This document shows positions 1 through 13,700 of a stretch of DNA of 64,000 nucleotides, piece by piece (positions within the stretch are counted from its first letter, which is position 1; every line of letters starts with the position of its first letter). A model generated the notes under the pieces. It was not told the origin of the DNA. It saw only the letters and a program-made list of their open reading frames with translations, and did no database searches. Location: the NCBI RefSeq assembly GCF_037042905.1, contig NC_087250.1, positions 24,616,001 to 24,680,000 on the forward strand, given 5' to 3'. The position numbers were made by a program, and so were the translations under genes. The DNA comes from Lytechinus pictus. Its lineage: Eukaryota.

Positions 1-3000
1 AAACAGAAAACACTTGTTCTTAGTTCCGACGCCATTTTGATGACGTCACGATGTAATTAAGAGTCAAATGTGGCATGAAATCATATCTCCTATTCATACT
101 CTATTCGAATATGAAAAGAAAAATTGGGGTCAACGGACTCCCTGAAGAGCTACAGTGAATTTTATATAGGCATATTTTAGCCCATTTACGCGCGCGTAAT
201 GCAAATTTGAATGGACGCGCATTCCCGTATTATTGGTCGTAAGAGGCTGAATGAGGTATCAAATTAATCAGAAGATAATGAACAATGGAAAGACATGAAA
301 GAAATGATGACTCGAAGATGCATAACGATGGTAGGTGCAAGAACGCGCACGCATACCTGTGCGCGCGCAAATTCTTGACATGCTCAAAATGACCAGAAAC
401 GTACCCAAACTTGACCACGGTCGATTTGGGGAAATTTAAAATTTTGACGCGCGCGTACGTGCGCGTCGTGACCTTTGCATGACCTCTGATGATATGTCCT
501 GATGACCTGTCACCTGAACTTGATATGATGCAAATATGGATGATTTTTGATGATTAGTTGCGATGATATGATCAATCATTTAATTTTACAAAATGGCGCC
601 TAGATGACGTCATCATGATTTGATAACCTTGAAAAGTTTCCATTCCCATGTCCATAATGATGCCCATACATGACATGAAAATCAAGGAAATTGACATGCA
701 CGATTTTGAGATAGAGGTGGACAAAGATTTGGCAATAAAAATAAATAAAGTAAATTCTGACGAATATAATAGGTGATCTGTCATATTCATGACAGACCAC
801 CTAAAAAGGACCAAAAAAAAAAAAAAAAAAAAAAGGGGGTCCAGCGAGGTTTGAACCACCGAACCCTGGTATACCAGTCAGGTGTGTTATCCAGTCGGCC
901 ACAGTGTGTTCGACAAGCACAGAGAGCAAAATAGGAAACATATTGTCAACTTGACATTGAATGTACATTCTTGCAATTCCAAATTGGCATGATGACAAAA
1001 CTCTACAAATTCTAGTTTTGAGAATAGTACAAGCTTTAAAATGAAACAGTGGAGATATTGTCTAAAGGATACATTCTAAGCTAAAACATATTGAAAATTT
1101 GGCGAGAACAGACCAAGATTTACGGAATTAAAATCAATTTAAATGACTGTGGTGACATCATGAAACAGAAAACACTTGTTCTTAGTTCCGACGCCATTTT
1201 GATGACGTCACGATGTAATTAAGAGTCAAATGTGGCATGAAATCATATCTCCTATTCATACTCTATTCGAATATGAAAAGAAAAATTGGGGTCAACGGAC
1301 TCCCTGAAGAGCTACAGTGAATTTTATATAGGCATATTTTAGCCCATTTACGCGCGCGTAATGCAAATTTGAATGGACGCGCATTCCCGTATTATTGGTC
1401 GTAAGAGGCTGAATGAGGTATCAAATTAATCAGAAGATAATGAACAATGGAAAGACATGAAAGAAATGATGACTCGAAGATGCATAACGATGGTAGGTGC
1501 AAGAACGCGCACGCATACCTGTGCGCGCGCAAATTCTTGACATGCTCAAAATGACCAGAAACGTACCCAAACTTGACCACGGTCGATTTGGGGAAATTTA
1601 AAATTTTGACGCGCGCGTACGTGCGCGTCGTGACCTTTGCATGACCTCTGATGATATGTCCTGATGACCTGTCACCTGAACTTGATATGATGCAAATATG
1701 GATGATTTTTGATGATTAGTTGCGATGATATGATCAATCATTTAATTTTACAAAATGGCGCCTAGATGACGTCATCATGATTTGATAACCTTGAAAAGTT
1801 TCCATTCCCATGTCCATAATGATGCCCATACATGACATGAAAATCAAGGAAATTGACATGCACGATTTTGAGATAGAGGTGGACAAAGATTTGGCAATAA
1901 AAATAAATAAAGTAAATTCTGACGAATATAATAGGTGATCTGTCATATTCATGACAGACCACCTAAAAAGGACCAAAAAAAAAAAAAAAAAAAAAAGGGG
2001 GTCCAGCGAGGTTTGAACCACCGAACCCTGGTATACCAGTCAGGTGTGTTATCCAGTCGGCCACAGTGTGTTCGACAAGCACAGAGAGCAAAATAGGAAA
2101 CATATTGTCAACTTGACATTGAATGTACATTCTTGCAATTCCAAATTGGCATGATGACAAAACTCTACAAATTCTAGTTTTGAGAATAGTACAAGCTTTA
2201 AAATGAAACAGTGGAGATATTGTCTAAAGGATACATTCTAAGCTAAAACATATTGAAAATTTGGCGAGAACAGACCAAGATTTACGGAATTAAAATCAAT
2301 TTAAATGACTGTGGTGACATCATGAAACAGAAAACACTTGTTCTTAGTTCCGACGCCATTTTGATGACGTCACGATGTAATTAAGAGTCAAATGTGGCAT
2401 GAAATCATATCTCCTATTCATACTCTATTCGAATATGAAAAGAAAAATTGGGGTCAACGGACTCCCTGAAGAGCTACAGTGAATTTTATATAGGCATATT
2501 TTAGCCCATTTACGCGCGCGTAATGCAAATTTGAATGGACGCGCATTCCCGTATTATTGGTCGTAAGAGGCTGAATGAGGTATCAAATTAATCAGAAGAT
2601 AATGAACAATGGAAAGACATGAAAGAAATGATGACTCGAAGATGCATAACGATGGTAGGTGCAAGAACGCGCACGCATACCTGTGCGCGCGCAAATTCTT
2701 GACATGCTCAAAATGACCAGAAACGTACCCAAACTTGACCACGGTCGATTTGGGGAAATTTAAAATTTTGACGCGCGCGTACGTGCGCGTCGTGACCTTT
2801 GCATGACCTCTGATGATATGTCCTGATGACCTGTCACCTGAACTTGATATGATGCAAATATGGATGATTTTTGATGATTAGTTGCGATGATATGATCAAT
2901 CATTTAATTTTACAAAATGGCGCCTAGATGACGTCATCATGATTTGATAACCTTGAAAAGTTTCCATTCCCATGTCCATAATGATGCCCATACATGACAT

Positions 3001-6000
3001 GAAAATCAAGGAAATTGACATGCACGATTTTGAGATAGAGGTGGACAAAGATTTGGCAATAAAAATAAATAAAGTAAATTCTGACGAATATAATAGGTGA
3101 TCTGTCATATTCATGACAGACCACCTAAAAAGGACCAAAAAAAAAAAAAAAAAAAAAAGGGGGTCCAGCGAGGTTTGAACCACCGAACCCTGGTATACCA
3201 GTCAGGTGTGTTATCCAGTCGGCCACAGTGTGTTCGACAAGCACAGAGAGCAAAATAGGAAACATATTGTCAACTTGACATTGAATGTACATTCTTGCAA
3301 TTCCAAATTGGCATGATGACAAAACTCTACAAATTCTAGTTTTGAGAATAGTACAAGCTTTAAAATGAAACAGTGGAGATATTGTCTAAAGGATACATTC
3401 TAAGCTAAAACATATTGAAAATTTGGCGAGAACAGACCAAGATTTACGGAATTAAAATCAATTTAAATGACTGTGGTGACATCATGAAACAGAAAACACT
3501 TGTTCTTAGTTCCGACGCCATTTTGATGACGTCACGATGTAATTAAGAGTCAAATGTGGCATGAAATCATATCTCCTATTCATACTCTATTCGAATATGA
3601 AAAGAAAAATTGGGGTCAACGGACTCCCTGAAGAGCTACAGTGAATTTTATATAGGCATATTTTAGCCCATTTACGCGCGCGTAATGCAAATTTGAATGG
3701 ACGCGCATTCCCGTATTATTGGTCGTAAGAGGCTGAATGAGGTATCAAATTAATCAGAAGATAATGAACAATGGAAAGACATGAAAGAAATGATGACTCG
3801 AAGATGCATAACGATGGTAGGTGCAAGAACGCGCACGCATACCTGTGCGCGCGCAAATTCTTGACATGCTCAAAATGACCAGAAACGTACCCAAACTTGA
3901 CCACGGTCGATTTGGGGAAATTTAAAATTTTGACGCGCGCGTACGTGCGCGTCGTGACCTTTGCATGACCTCTGATGATATGTCCTGATGACCTGTCACC
4001 TGAACTTGATATGATGCAAATATGGATGATTTTTGATGATTAGTTGCGATGATATGATCAATCATTTAATTTTACAAAATGGCGCCTAGATGACGTCATC
4101 ATGATTTGATAACCTTGAAAAGTTTCCATTCCCATGTCCATAATGATGCCCATACATGACATGAAAATCAAGGAAATTGACATGCACGATTTTGAGATAG
4201 AGGTGGACAAAGATTTGGCAATAAAAATAAATAAAGTAAATTCTGACGAATATAATAGGTGATCTGTCATATTCATGACAGACCACCTAAAAAGGACCAA
4301 AAAAAAAAAAAAAAAAAAAAGGGGGTCCAGCGAGGTTTGAACCACCGAACCCTGGTATACCAGTCAGGTGTGTTATCCAGTCGGCCACAGTGTGTTCGAC
4401 AAGCACAGAGAGCAAAATAGGAAACATATTGTCAACTTGACATTGAATGTACATTCTTGCAATTCCAAATTGGCATGATGACAAAACTCTACAAATTCTA
4501 GTTTTGAGAATAGTACAAGCTTTAAAATGAAACAGTGGAGATATTGTCTAAAGGATACATTCTAAGCTAAAACATATTGAAAATTTGGCGAGAACAGACC
4601 AAGATTTACGGAATTAAAATCAATTTAAATGACTGTGGTGACATCATGAAACAGAAAACACTTGTTCTTAGTTCCGACGCCATTTTGATGACGTCACGAT
4701 GTAATTAAGAGTCAAATGTGGCATGAAATCATATCTCCTATTCATACTCTATTCGAATATGAAAAGAAAAATTGGGGTCAACGGACTCCCTGAAGAGCTA
4801 CAGTGAATTTTATATAGGCATATTTTAGCCCATTTACGCGCGCGTAATGCAAATTTGAATGGACGCGCATTCCCGTATTATTGGTCGTAAGAGGCTGAAT
4901 GAGGTATCAAATTAATCAGAAGATAATGAACAATGGAAAGACATGAAAGAAATGATGACTCGAAGATGCATAACGATGGTAGGTGCAAGAACGCGCACGC
5001 ATACCTGTGCGCGCGCAAATTCTTGACATGCTCAAAATGACCAGAAACGTACCCAAACTTGACCACGGTCGATTTGGGGAAATTTAAAATTTTGACGCGC
5101 GCGTACGTGCGCGTCGTGACCTTTGCATGACCTCTGATGATATGTCCTGATGACCTGTCACCTGAACTTGATATGATGCAAATATGGATGATTTTTGATG
5201 ATTAGTTGCGATGATATGATCAATCATTTAATTTTACAAAATGGCGCCTAGATGACGTCATCATGATTTGATAACCTTGAAAAGTTTCCATTCCCATGTC
5301 CATAATGATGCCCATACATGACATGAAAATCAAGGAAATTGACATGCACGATTTTGAGATAGAGGTGGACAAAGATTTGGCAATAAAAATAAATAAAGTA
5401 AATTCTGACGAATATAATAGGTGATCTGTCATATTCATGACAGACCACCTAAAAAGGACCAAAAAAAAAAAAAAAAAAAAAAGGGGGTCCAGCGAGGTTT
5501 GAACCACCGAACCCTGGTATACCAGTCAGGTGTGTTATCCAGTCGGCCACAGTGTGTTCGACAAGCACAGAGAGCAAAATAGGAAACATATTGTCAACTT
5601 GACATTGAATGTACATTCTTGCAATTCCAAATTGGCATGATGACAAAACTCTACAAATTCTAGTTTTGAGAATAGTACAAGCTTTAAAATGAAACAGTGG
5701 AGATATTGTCTAAAGGATACATTCTAAGCTAAAACATATTGAAAATTTGGCGAGAACAGACCAAGATTTACGGAATTAAAATCAATTTAAATGACTGTGG
5801 TGACATCATGAAACAGAAAACACTTGTTCTTAGTTCCGACGCCATTTTGATGACGTCACGATGTAATTAAGAGTCAAATGTGGCATGAAATCATATCTCC
5901 TATTCATACTCTATTCGAATATGAAAAGAAAAATTGGGGTCAACGGACTCCCTGAAGAGCTACAGTGAATTTTATATAGGCATATTTTAGCCCATTTACG

Positions 6001-6614
6001 CGCGCGTAATGCAAATTTGAATGGACGCGCATTCCCGTATTATTGGTCGTAAGAGGCTGAATGAGGTATCAAATTAATCAGAAGATAATGAACAATGGAA
6101 AGACATGAAAGAAATGATGACTCGAAGATGCATAACGATGGTAGGTGCAAGAACGCGCACGCATACCTGTGCGCGCGCAAATTCTTGACATGCTCAAAAT
6201 GACCAGAAACGTACCCAAACTTGACCACGGTCGATTTGGGGAAATTTAAAATTTTGACGCGCGCGTACGTGCGCGTCGTGACCTTTGCATGACCTCTGAT
6301 GATATGTCCTGATGACCTGTCACCTGAACTTGATATGATGCAAATATGGATGATTTTTGATGATTAGTTGCGATGATATGATCAATCATTTAATTTTACA
6401 AAATGGCGCCTAGATGACGTCATCATGATTTGATAACCTTGAAAAGTTTCCATTCCCATGTCCATAATGATGCCCATACATGACATGAAAATCAAGGAAA
6501 TTGACATGCACGATTTTGAGATAGAGGTGGACAAAGATTTGGCAATAAAAATAAATAAAGTAAATTCTGACGAATATAATAGGTGATCTGTCATATTCAT
6601 GACAGACCACCTAA
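1..6614. repeat. Tandem array of a 1162-bp unit (about 5.7 copies in the window, extends off the left edge)
   Basis: ORF track repeats at exactly +1162; units look identical by eye; array ends at ...gacagaccacctaa (6614). Confidence 0.97.
835..905 (-). ncRNA. tRNA-like / Pol III-type unit inside each 1162-bp repeat (also at +1162 multiples)
   Basis: Minus strand reads gTGGCCGACTGGataacacacctgactggtataccagggttcggtGGTTCAAACCtcgctggacccc (A box, B box), followed by a 22-T run. Confidence 0.55.
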
Positions 6615-7428
6615 TTACCCCAACTTAGACATGAGTATTGTGTGAAACCTGTCACGTGAAACCAAATTAGGCTTCTCCACAAGATCACCGTTTCATACAA
6701 TATCAATAAGAGATTAAAAGTTCTTGATACATTAATAACATTATTGTTATCAATCAACATTGTTGAAGACTCAAATGAAGATATATTTATAAGAATTGAG
6801 TGATTGCATGTTTATGATAGGCGGGGTGGCAGTGAATGATTAAATGTTACGTGCATTTCTTTTTATGAGAAATCTTGATGATAATATTCTTTTGTCATTA
6901 TGATCGTCCGAAGTTCAGTGTGAATCCCATGTTCACATTCTACGTTCTTTAATTAGTGACATGTACAGAACGAACTGAAAATAGTATTAGCATGAAGCCA
7001 CAGTCACGTTTGCTCTAATGACGGTGGCCGTATAGTCTGCTGTGCAAACCTATCACTCGAGTTAAGGTTCTGAATAGTGCAGCCTAATCATGCCTTGTGA
7101 ACTGAAGGCCGTGTATATGCTAGTCTTTGCGTAGAGACACACTTGCTGATAAAAGTTTCAATCAGGGTCGTGCCTGCAGACTAGTGGCCGTACGGCGAGG
7201 CGAAAACATCCGTTTTAACATTGTCTGTACGAGCTACATAATTATAGGTGGTTTGAATAAAAATGAATAAATGCAAACGTGACTGAGGTATTACAGTTAT
7301 CAAACACTTGTAATACCATTACTGCAGGCAGTTTGCTCGGTAGAGTTAACACTAATGCTCGATTTTATTAAAAGGTTATATATAGTTGCCTTGATTTTCA
7401 TGACTTTCACTGTATTAAAATGTTATCG

Positions 7429-7726
7429 TCATTCAGTACCTGAAAAAGATTCTTGTCCAGTTGTTGAATCTAATGATTTCATGAGTACGATGAGCTTGTT
7501 CTTTGCTTCAGGAACAGTCGGTTGCCTCTTTCTCCATATTACAAGCATGTCGTACATGGCCTGCTGTCTGTCTTTAATTCTTCTGTACTCAATGCGATCT
7601 AACTCAGTAATGGTGAAACCAAGAGCTACGCCCAAATCATAGAATTGGTTGACGGTCATTGTTTGGGCTATTGTAAGGACATCGGCGTCTGACTGTAAGT
7701 CACTGTGCTTGGCTTCTTCCACTGCC
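7429..7726 (-). CDS. Exon 10: death domain (DADVLTIAQTMTVNQFYDLGVALGFTITELDRIE...AMYDMLVIWRKRQ...KLIVLMKSL)
   Basis: Classic death-domain pattern LGxxLGFxxxELxxI...MLxxW; acceptor tttacag; TGA stop. Confidence 0.9.
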
Positions 7727-10700
7727 CTGTAAAATGTTAAGTGAATGTAACAGACCGAGCGAAGGCCAAGTGCCTAAACCAAATTCAGCATTATTCTGCA
7801 CGCCGTTGCCCCTCCCCTTACCACCCCCATATAATGCTTGTTAAATCATTCATATCCATCAAAGGCTTCATTCATTAATATAATAACAGGAACATGGCTT
7901 GGTCATAGCTTTTAGTGCACCACCATACGTGTGATCTAAGGCGAATTTAATAGAGAATTCTTGCGTTGCAAGCACGGATCAACACTATCTTTTGATTAAT
8001 CACAAGCAGTATGGGACGTCATGGTCTAGCGGTTATGTCCCTCGGCTTTCAACTCAGGGACGTGGGTTCGACTTACGAATCACAGATATTTGTTAATAGT
8101 TGATTGCAGGCTGTGATGTGCATGCGTGTAAAGCAAGACACCCACGAATAGCTGATGACCTCTCTTTTCCCGTTTCACTGCAAGATCCCCCATGTCAAAT
8201 TATGTCGATCCCTTGGCTAAAAGTATATTGATTCATACCACTTACCTGACGAACGATGTGGCCTCGGAAAGTAATTGGCGTGTCGGTCCTTCTGGCATAT
8301 CTGGGTATAAAAAAACACATCAAACGTCCCGTTTGAATTTATATGATCTTGATATTCTTGTGTTTGATGGACATTTCGCCTTATCATTTAATGGCAATAA
8401 AGGCATTCAGCATTATCGATTATTTTCATTCAAAAAAAAATGTCAGATTTTCCTTTTTGATAACCCACTGCAAAATTACTTGATCGAAAACCTATACCTA
8501 TTCCATGTGCCTTTTCATATCATTTTCAATCTATAAAAGTTGGAAAGTTGGCTTTTCCTACTATCTTCATGATTTTTTTGACGAAATTAATTATCTAACA
8601 ATAAACGATGATAAAAATACCTGTGTATCTGATGACGAAAACAATGGATTGTGACACTTCGAGCTTTCCCGCCTGTGTAATCGTGATGGCAATTCTTGTA
8701 AAGTCTTCATCATCCCCTTGAGGAGAAATGGCAAACATTACATTCTGACTCATCTTGGTTCGAATGTCCTTGGAAGGAAGGACCTGTTGTAAAAAAAATG
8801 TATTTATTCAGTTGAAGCAATAGATATCCGATTCGAGTGACTTGCGAGGTGCTGGTAGAACTGTCCGCATCAGTTTAAAATGACACGATTCCGGTATTTA
8901 ACATGTTTAAAAACAGCTTTCGGAAGACTTACCCGAGGGGCGAACGGACATTTTTTTTTTATTATTATGTTTTATCTCTCTCCAAGATAAAAATAAAAAC
9001 ATATATTATAGTACAATCAACAAAACATTTCATTTTTCATATACAAAAAAATACATCATTGATATTGGTCTAAACATAATGAACATGCAACATAATTCAA
9101 CTGAAGGACTGAGAGAACCACCACCCGACACCCCCCCCCCCCCACTCACACACCCTCACACACCCACGCAAGTACACAGCCCCAACGACAAGTTGACACT
9201 ATGCGATGATTATACAAATTTTCATGCCACAAATGCCTGAACAATGTTGATTATAAGTAGGAGTGGGCTATAAATGGGTGATTTTTGGTTTTACTGTAGC
9301 CAACAGTTTTTTTGTGTTCCTTTTACCTTATCTCAACATAAAAGGACAATATTTTTTTGTCTCGGGTCCGAGAAAAAAGTGTGCCGGGCCAAAATCCAAA
9401 ATGGCCGCCAACCCCCCCCCCCAAAAAAAAAAAAAAAAAAAACACACACATTTTTTGCCGCAATTTCTCTATTTGGTGGTCTTTTTTTCGGTTTAGGTGT
9501 CTATTCACATGTTTTGGGGGCAGGCAATTTGTTTTTCCTAAAATTACTATTTTTAAACCATTATATGTAGAGTTTAAGGATGATTTTACTTAAATTTACA
9601 CATTTTTAAAGCCTTTTTGAGACAAAACGTAGGTATCATCGTCCTGTGGTTCTTGGATATTAGACGATACCAGTTGAAGAGTAGCAAGCAGCTTTGTATA
9701 GCTATACTGATTTTATTCCTATAAATTGGGGTTTACGGATATTTGCGAAATATTTCAAATAAAAGAAAATGTCATTTATCCATAGGGGCTATACGGTATA
9801 CAAGGTACTGTACATACTACACTGCATATATCCATGCATTGACCACCATGACATGGAATACTTGCCAATAGTATCATTTTGTTCCCAATACTTGTTAAGG
9901 GTGGGGTTTCACACGCCAATACTTGTTAAGGGGTGCATTTGCAGAATATGGAAAATACGTGTTTAGGGTGCTTTTCGAGACCCCATAGTCGCGCATGGTA
10001 TCCACTCGTCAATGGAAGAGGCCCCTCCAGGCATAAACATCACATATCATATATACGTACATCACATTTTTAGCCATATATTCTTAAACTGGGTTTTTAT
10101 CTGGTTGTGGTGTATAAACATGGGGTCAGGTAACTACCATGGTAACGCTGATCAACAGCCAATCAGAATCAAGGATTCCATGCGAGTTACTATTGGTCGG
10201 CAAAGTTACCATAATGGTAACTTTTATGCAATGGGGCCCAGAATAGCTACAAGTACAGTGGAGCTAAAATGCCATAATGTGGGGTTGACTATAATCCATT
10301 GTTAATGGTATTTATCTCTCTCCGCCCCCTGAATTAGCATAATTGACAAAATATGTCCTCAATTTCTGAGACAAAGCATATCTTCACTTTCTTAGGCATC
10401 TAATTCTAAACGTAAGAGCTCATTTCTACGACACTATAGTTCATATACAGACCTTGTTATATGTCATGGTGGTCAATGCATGGGCATACATGTATTGCAG
10501 TGCAGTTTGTACAGTACATTGTATACTATAGCCCCTATGGACAAATGACATTTCTTTATTCAATAAGATATGTTTCGCAAATATCCGTAGAACCAATAGT
10601 AGAGGAGTAAAAGCAATATCTACATGTATATGAAACTGCTTGCTATTGTTGAACTCGCATTGTCTAATATCCAAGACCCACAAGACGATGAAACCTAATT

Positions 10701-13700
10701 TTGGGCTGAAAAAGGGTTATAAAAATTGGTAAATTTAGGTAAAATCACCTTTTAACTCTACAAATAATGGTTTAAAGGTAATAATTGAGGAAAAACAAAT
10801 TGCTTGCCCCCCAAAAAAATAAAACATATGAATAGACACCAAATAAAGAAATTGTGGCCAAAAATGTGATTTTGGGGTGTTTTGGTGGCCATTTTGGATT
10901 TTGGCCCGGTACACTTTTTTCTCGGACCCAGGACAAAAATTATTGTCAGTTCATGTTGAGGAATAGAAAAAAACTCACTGTTGCCATATCAAAATGACAA
11001 AAAGAATATTTTTGATCCATGTATAGCCCACTCCTATTATAAGAACAGGTTTTCAAAAAGGCCATTGTTTAAGAATGAATGCTATAGAAAATGACTAGAA
11101 CACAATAGAAAGCTAATCTACTCGCGAATCACACGTGTTACCTTTAATGCAGTTACATTGTAACCAAGAAATGTATGTGCATGCAATGTCAAAGAGCGCA
11201 TGGTAGCTCAAAATTTGCCTATAATGCTCATTATGTTAAATTGCTCTTTATAACTTTAGTATCTTGTCTCATTCTTATTTCTAACATTACTTCTTCCTTT
11301 GTATACATTTCTACATTTCTCTTTGTATCACCTTCCCTATATTATACATTGATATACGTTGTTGTGGCTGTTGTTGTTGTTGTTGTTTTACTGTTTCTTT
11401 ATCTGTTTGTATACTGAAATTTTACTCTGTATAAATTCATGTAATTCAGCCTTTGGATGCTAATTTAATTTCATCATAATGAATACCATTTATCTTTCTA
11501 TCTATAATTTACCATTAAGCCTAATAGTACTCTTCATCTTTTATACAAATTTGGTCCTCAATGGTAGCCAATTTTAAACCATTAGACTACGATTCATGTA
11601 CCATGACGCGCCATTCTTTTACCATTGATGTACCATTAATTTGCCAATGGTATGCAAATGAGGTCTACCATTTCTCTGTAAAATGCAAATTGGAATGAAT
11701 GGTACCCAATGGTAGATGGTCTGTGGTATTACAATGGTATTCTGATTAGTGTTTCAATGGTGAATGATTGGTTCCCAATCGTACATGGTCTATCATGTCT
11801 ATGGTATATCGATGGACCATTGTGAATGGTGTTTCAATGGTGCTCCCGAATGTTATTCCAATGGTATGCTATTGATTTTTTTTTTGACCGCCGTTGAAAA
11901 CATTGTTGGTCTGACGATGTATGTGCATGGACGTCTATCAACGATAAAACGTACGTTGGAAGAACAATTTCTTAACGTTGTTTCAACGTTTATCAAACGC
12001 TGTAATTCAGCCAACGTTGGAATCAGTGGCGTACCGTGGGTCATGGCATTGGGGGGCACCAGCAAAAATGTTGAGTCACTTAGTGGGCGCGCGAAGCGCG
12101 CTCATTTGCCAGGTATACTGACCTAATAGGGACATTTTAAGGACGGTGCCATTAAACGGATATGTGTCTCAATTATCAAATAATGCGAAAATTTTTGATA
12201 TTCAGGCCTAAAAAAGGATAATAAGCAAATTTTTGTAATCATGATACGTAACTCTCTCACCAAAAAATCAATACGAAGCGCGAGCTGACATTTTTGTATA
12301 TATTGACCCGAAAAAGGGTCATTTTAAGGACTGTTTTAGGGAATTCATAAAGAGCATACATATCTGACCATAATCATCTACTGCGAGCGCCATGCAAGCG
12401 CTTGCTGATTTGGTTAAAATTACACCTAACCCATGAAACATGAACATGTTACATATCTGACTACTCAACTATTGCGAGCGCGAAGTGCGAGCTGAAAATT
12501 TTTGAAATTCAGATCTGAAGAAGGGCATTCTAAGGCTTGTTTGTAGGAATTCACTAAGACCATACGTATTTCAATAACCAAATGATGCGAGCGTGAACCG
12601 CGAGCTGATTTGTTTTTATATGAAGAGCAGACATCTCGCCAGTCCACTAATGCGAACACAAACACGGACAGGAAATGTTTGATATCTAGACCTTAAAAGG
12701 GGGCAATCATGAAATAGTCATTAAAAAAAGCATATGTCACTACATAAAACAATAAATACTCGAAGTGCCAGGAAATGTATTTGGTGTATATTGACTTGAA
12801 AACGGGATGTTTTAGTACAACAGGATTATACATATATATTTATATATCTCATTACTCAGACAAATCAAACGCCAGAAATGATGAACACACTAGCCCTCTA
12901 TATACGCCCTAAGCCAATGTTTCATAAATTTATGAAAAAAATATTTCTTATGTAATATGATGTAAAATACAATAATTTCTTCTTCCCCACTACGTTTCCC
13001 TTTCTTCTTCTTTTTCTCCTTTTTCCCCGTTTTTTTTTGGGGGGGCCAGCCGATTGGGGGGGGGGGCGTGCCCCCCATGCCCCCCCCCTGTAGTTACGCC
13101 ACTGATTGGAATAGCGTTAACAGACAGTGTTGGTTCAACATTGTAAACTTTGTTAGACTGACGATATATGTGCGTGCATTTCCATCAATGCTTCAACGTT
13201 GGTCTGACGATGTACACGGATGCACTTCTATAGATGATGCAACGTTGCATGCCAACATTGAGGCAACAGGAAAAATACCTACGTTTGTTCCAACACTGTA
13301 CGTACTGTATTGTCACCTTGGAATCTTCAAATATAATCCTTGGCCAAAATGCAGACTTTCTATAGATCTATATCTCAACAAGTGTAGGTTTAGACTTTGC
13401 CTCAGGAATCACCCCTACTGTAACTGATATCTCACGCCTACCCGGGAGGTTTTTTTTAATTAGAGGAATCAATTAAGATATCCACATAGTCAAAAAAGGG
13501 GCAGGATAATGGCTTTGTAAATCAAATTTAAATTTATCTCATTAATAAAATAGCGGAGTCTACCCAAATATTTGACTAACTTACCAACCTTTCTACATAA
13601 GTTTTCAATATGGACATCCCACTTCAGTTAATTGTCAATTATAAATCCGAGATATTTAACATCAGAAGACTGTTGTATTAAATTTCAAAAGATTACTTTT

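Noticed and set aside
230..6610. Repeated 62-95 aa ORFs in the 1162-bp array
   Set aside because: Overlapping, low-complexity (poly-F from the A-run), no recognisable domain
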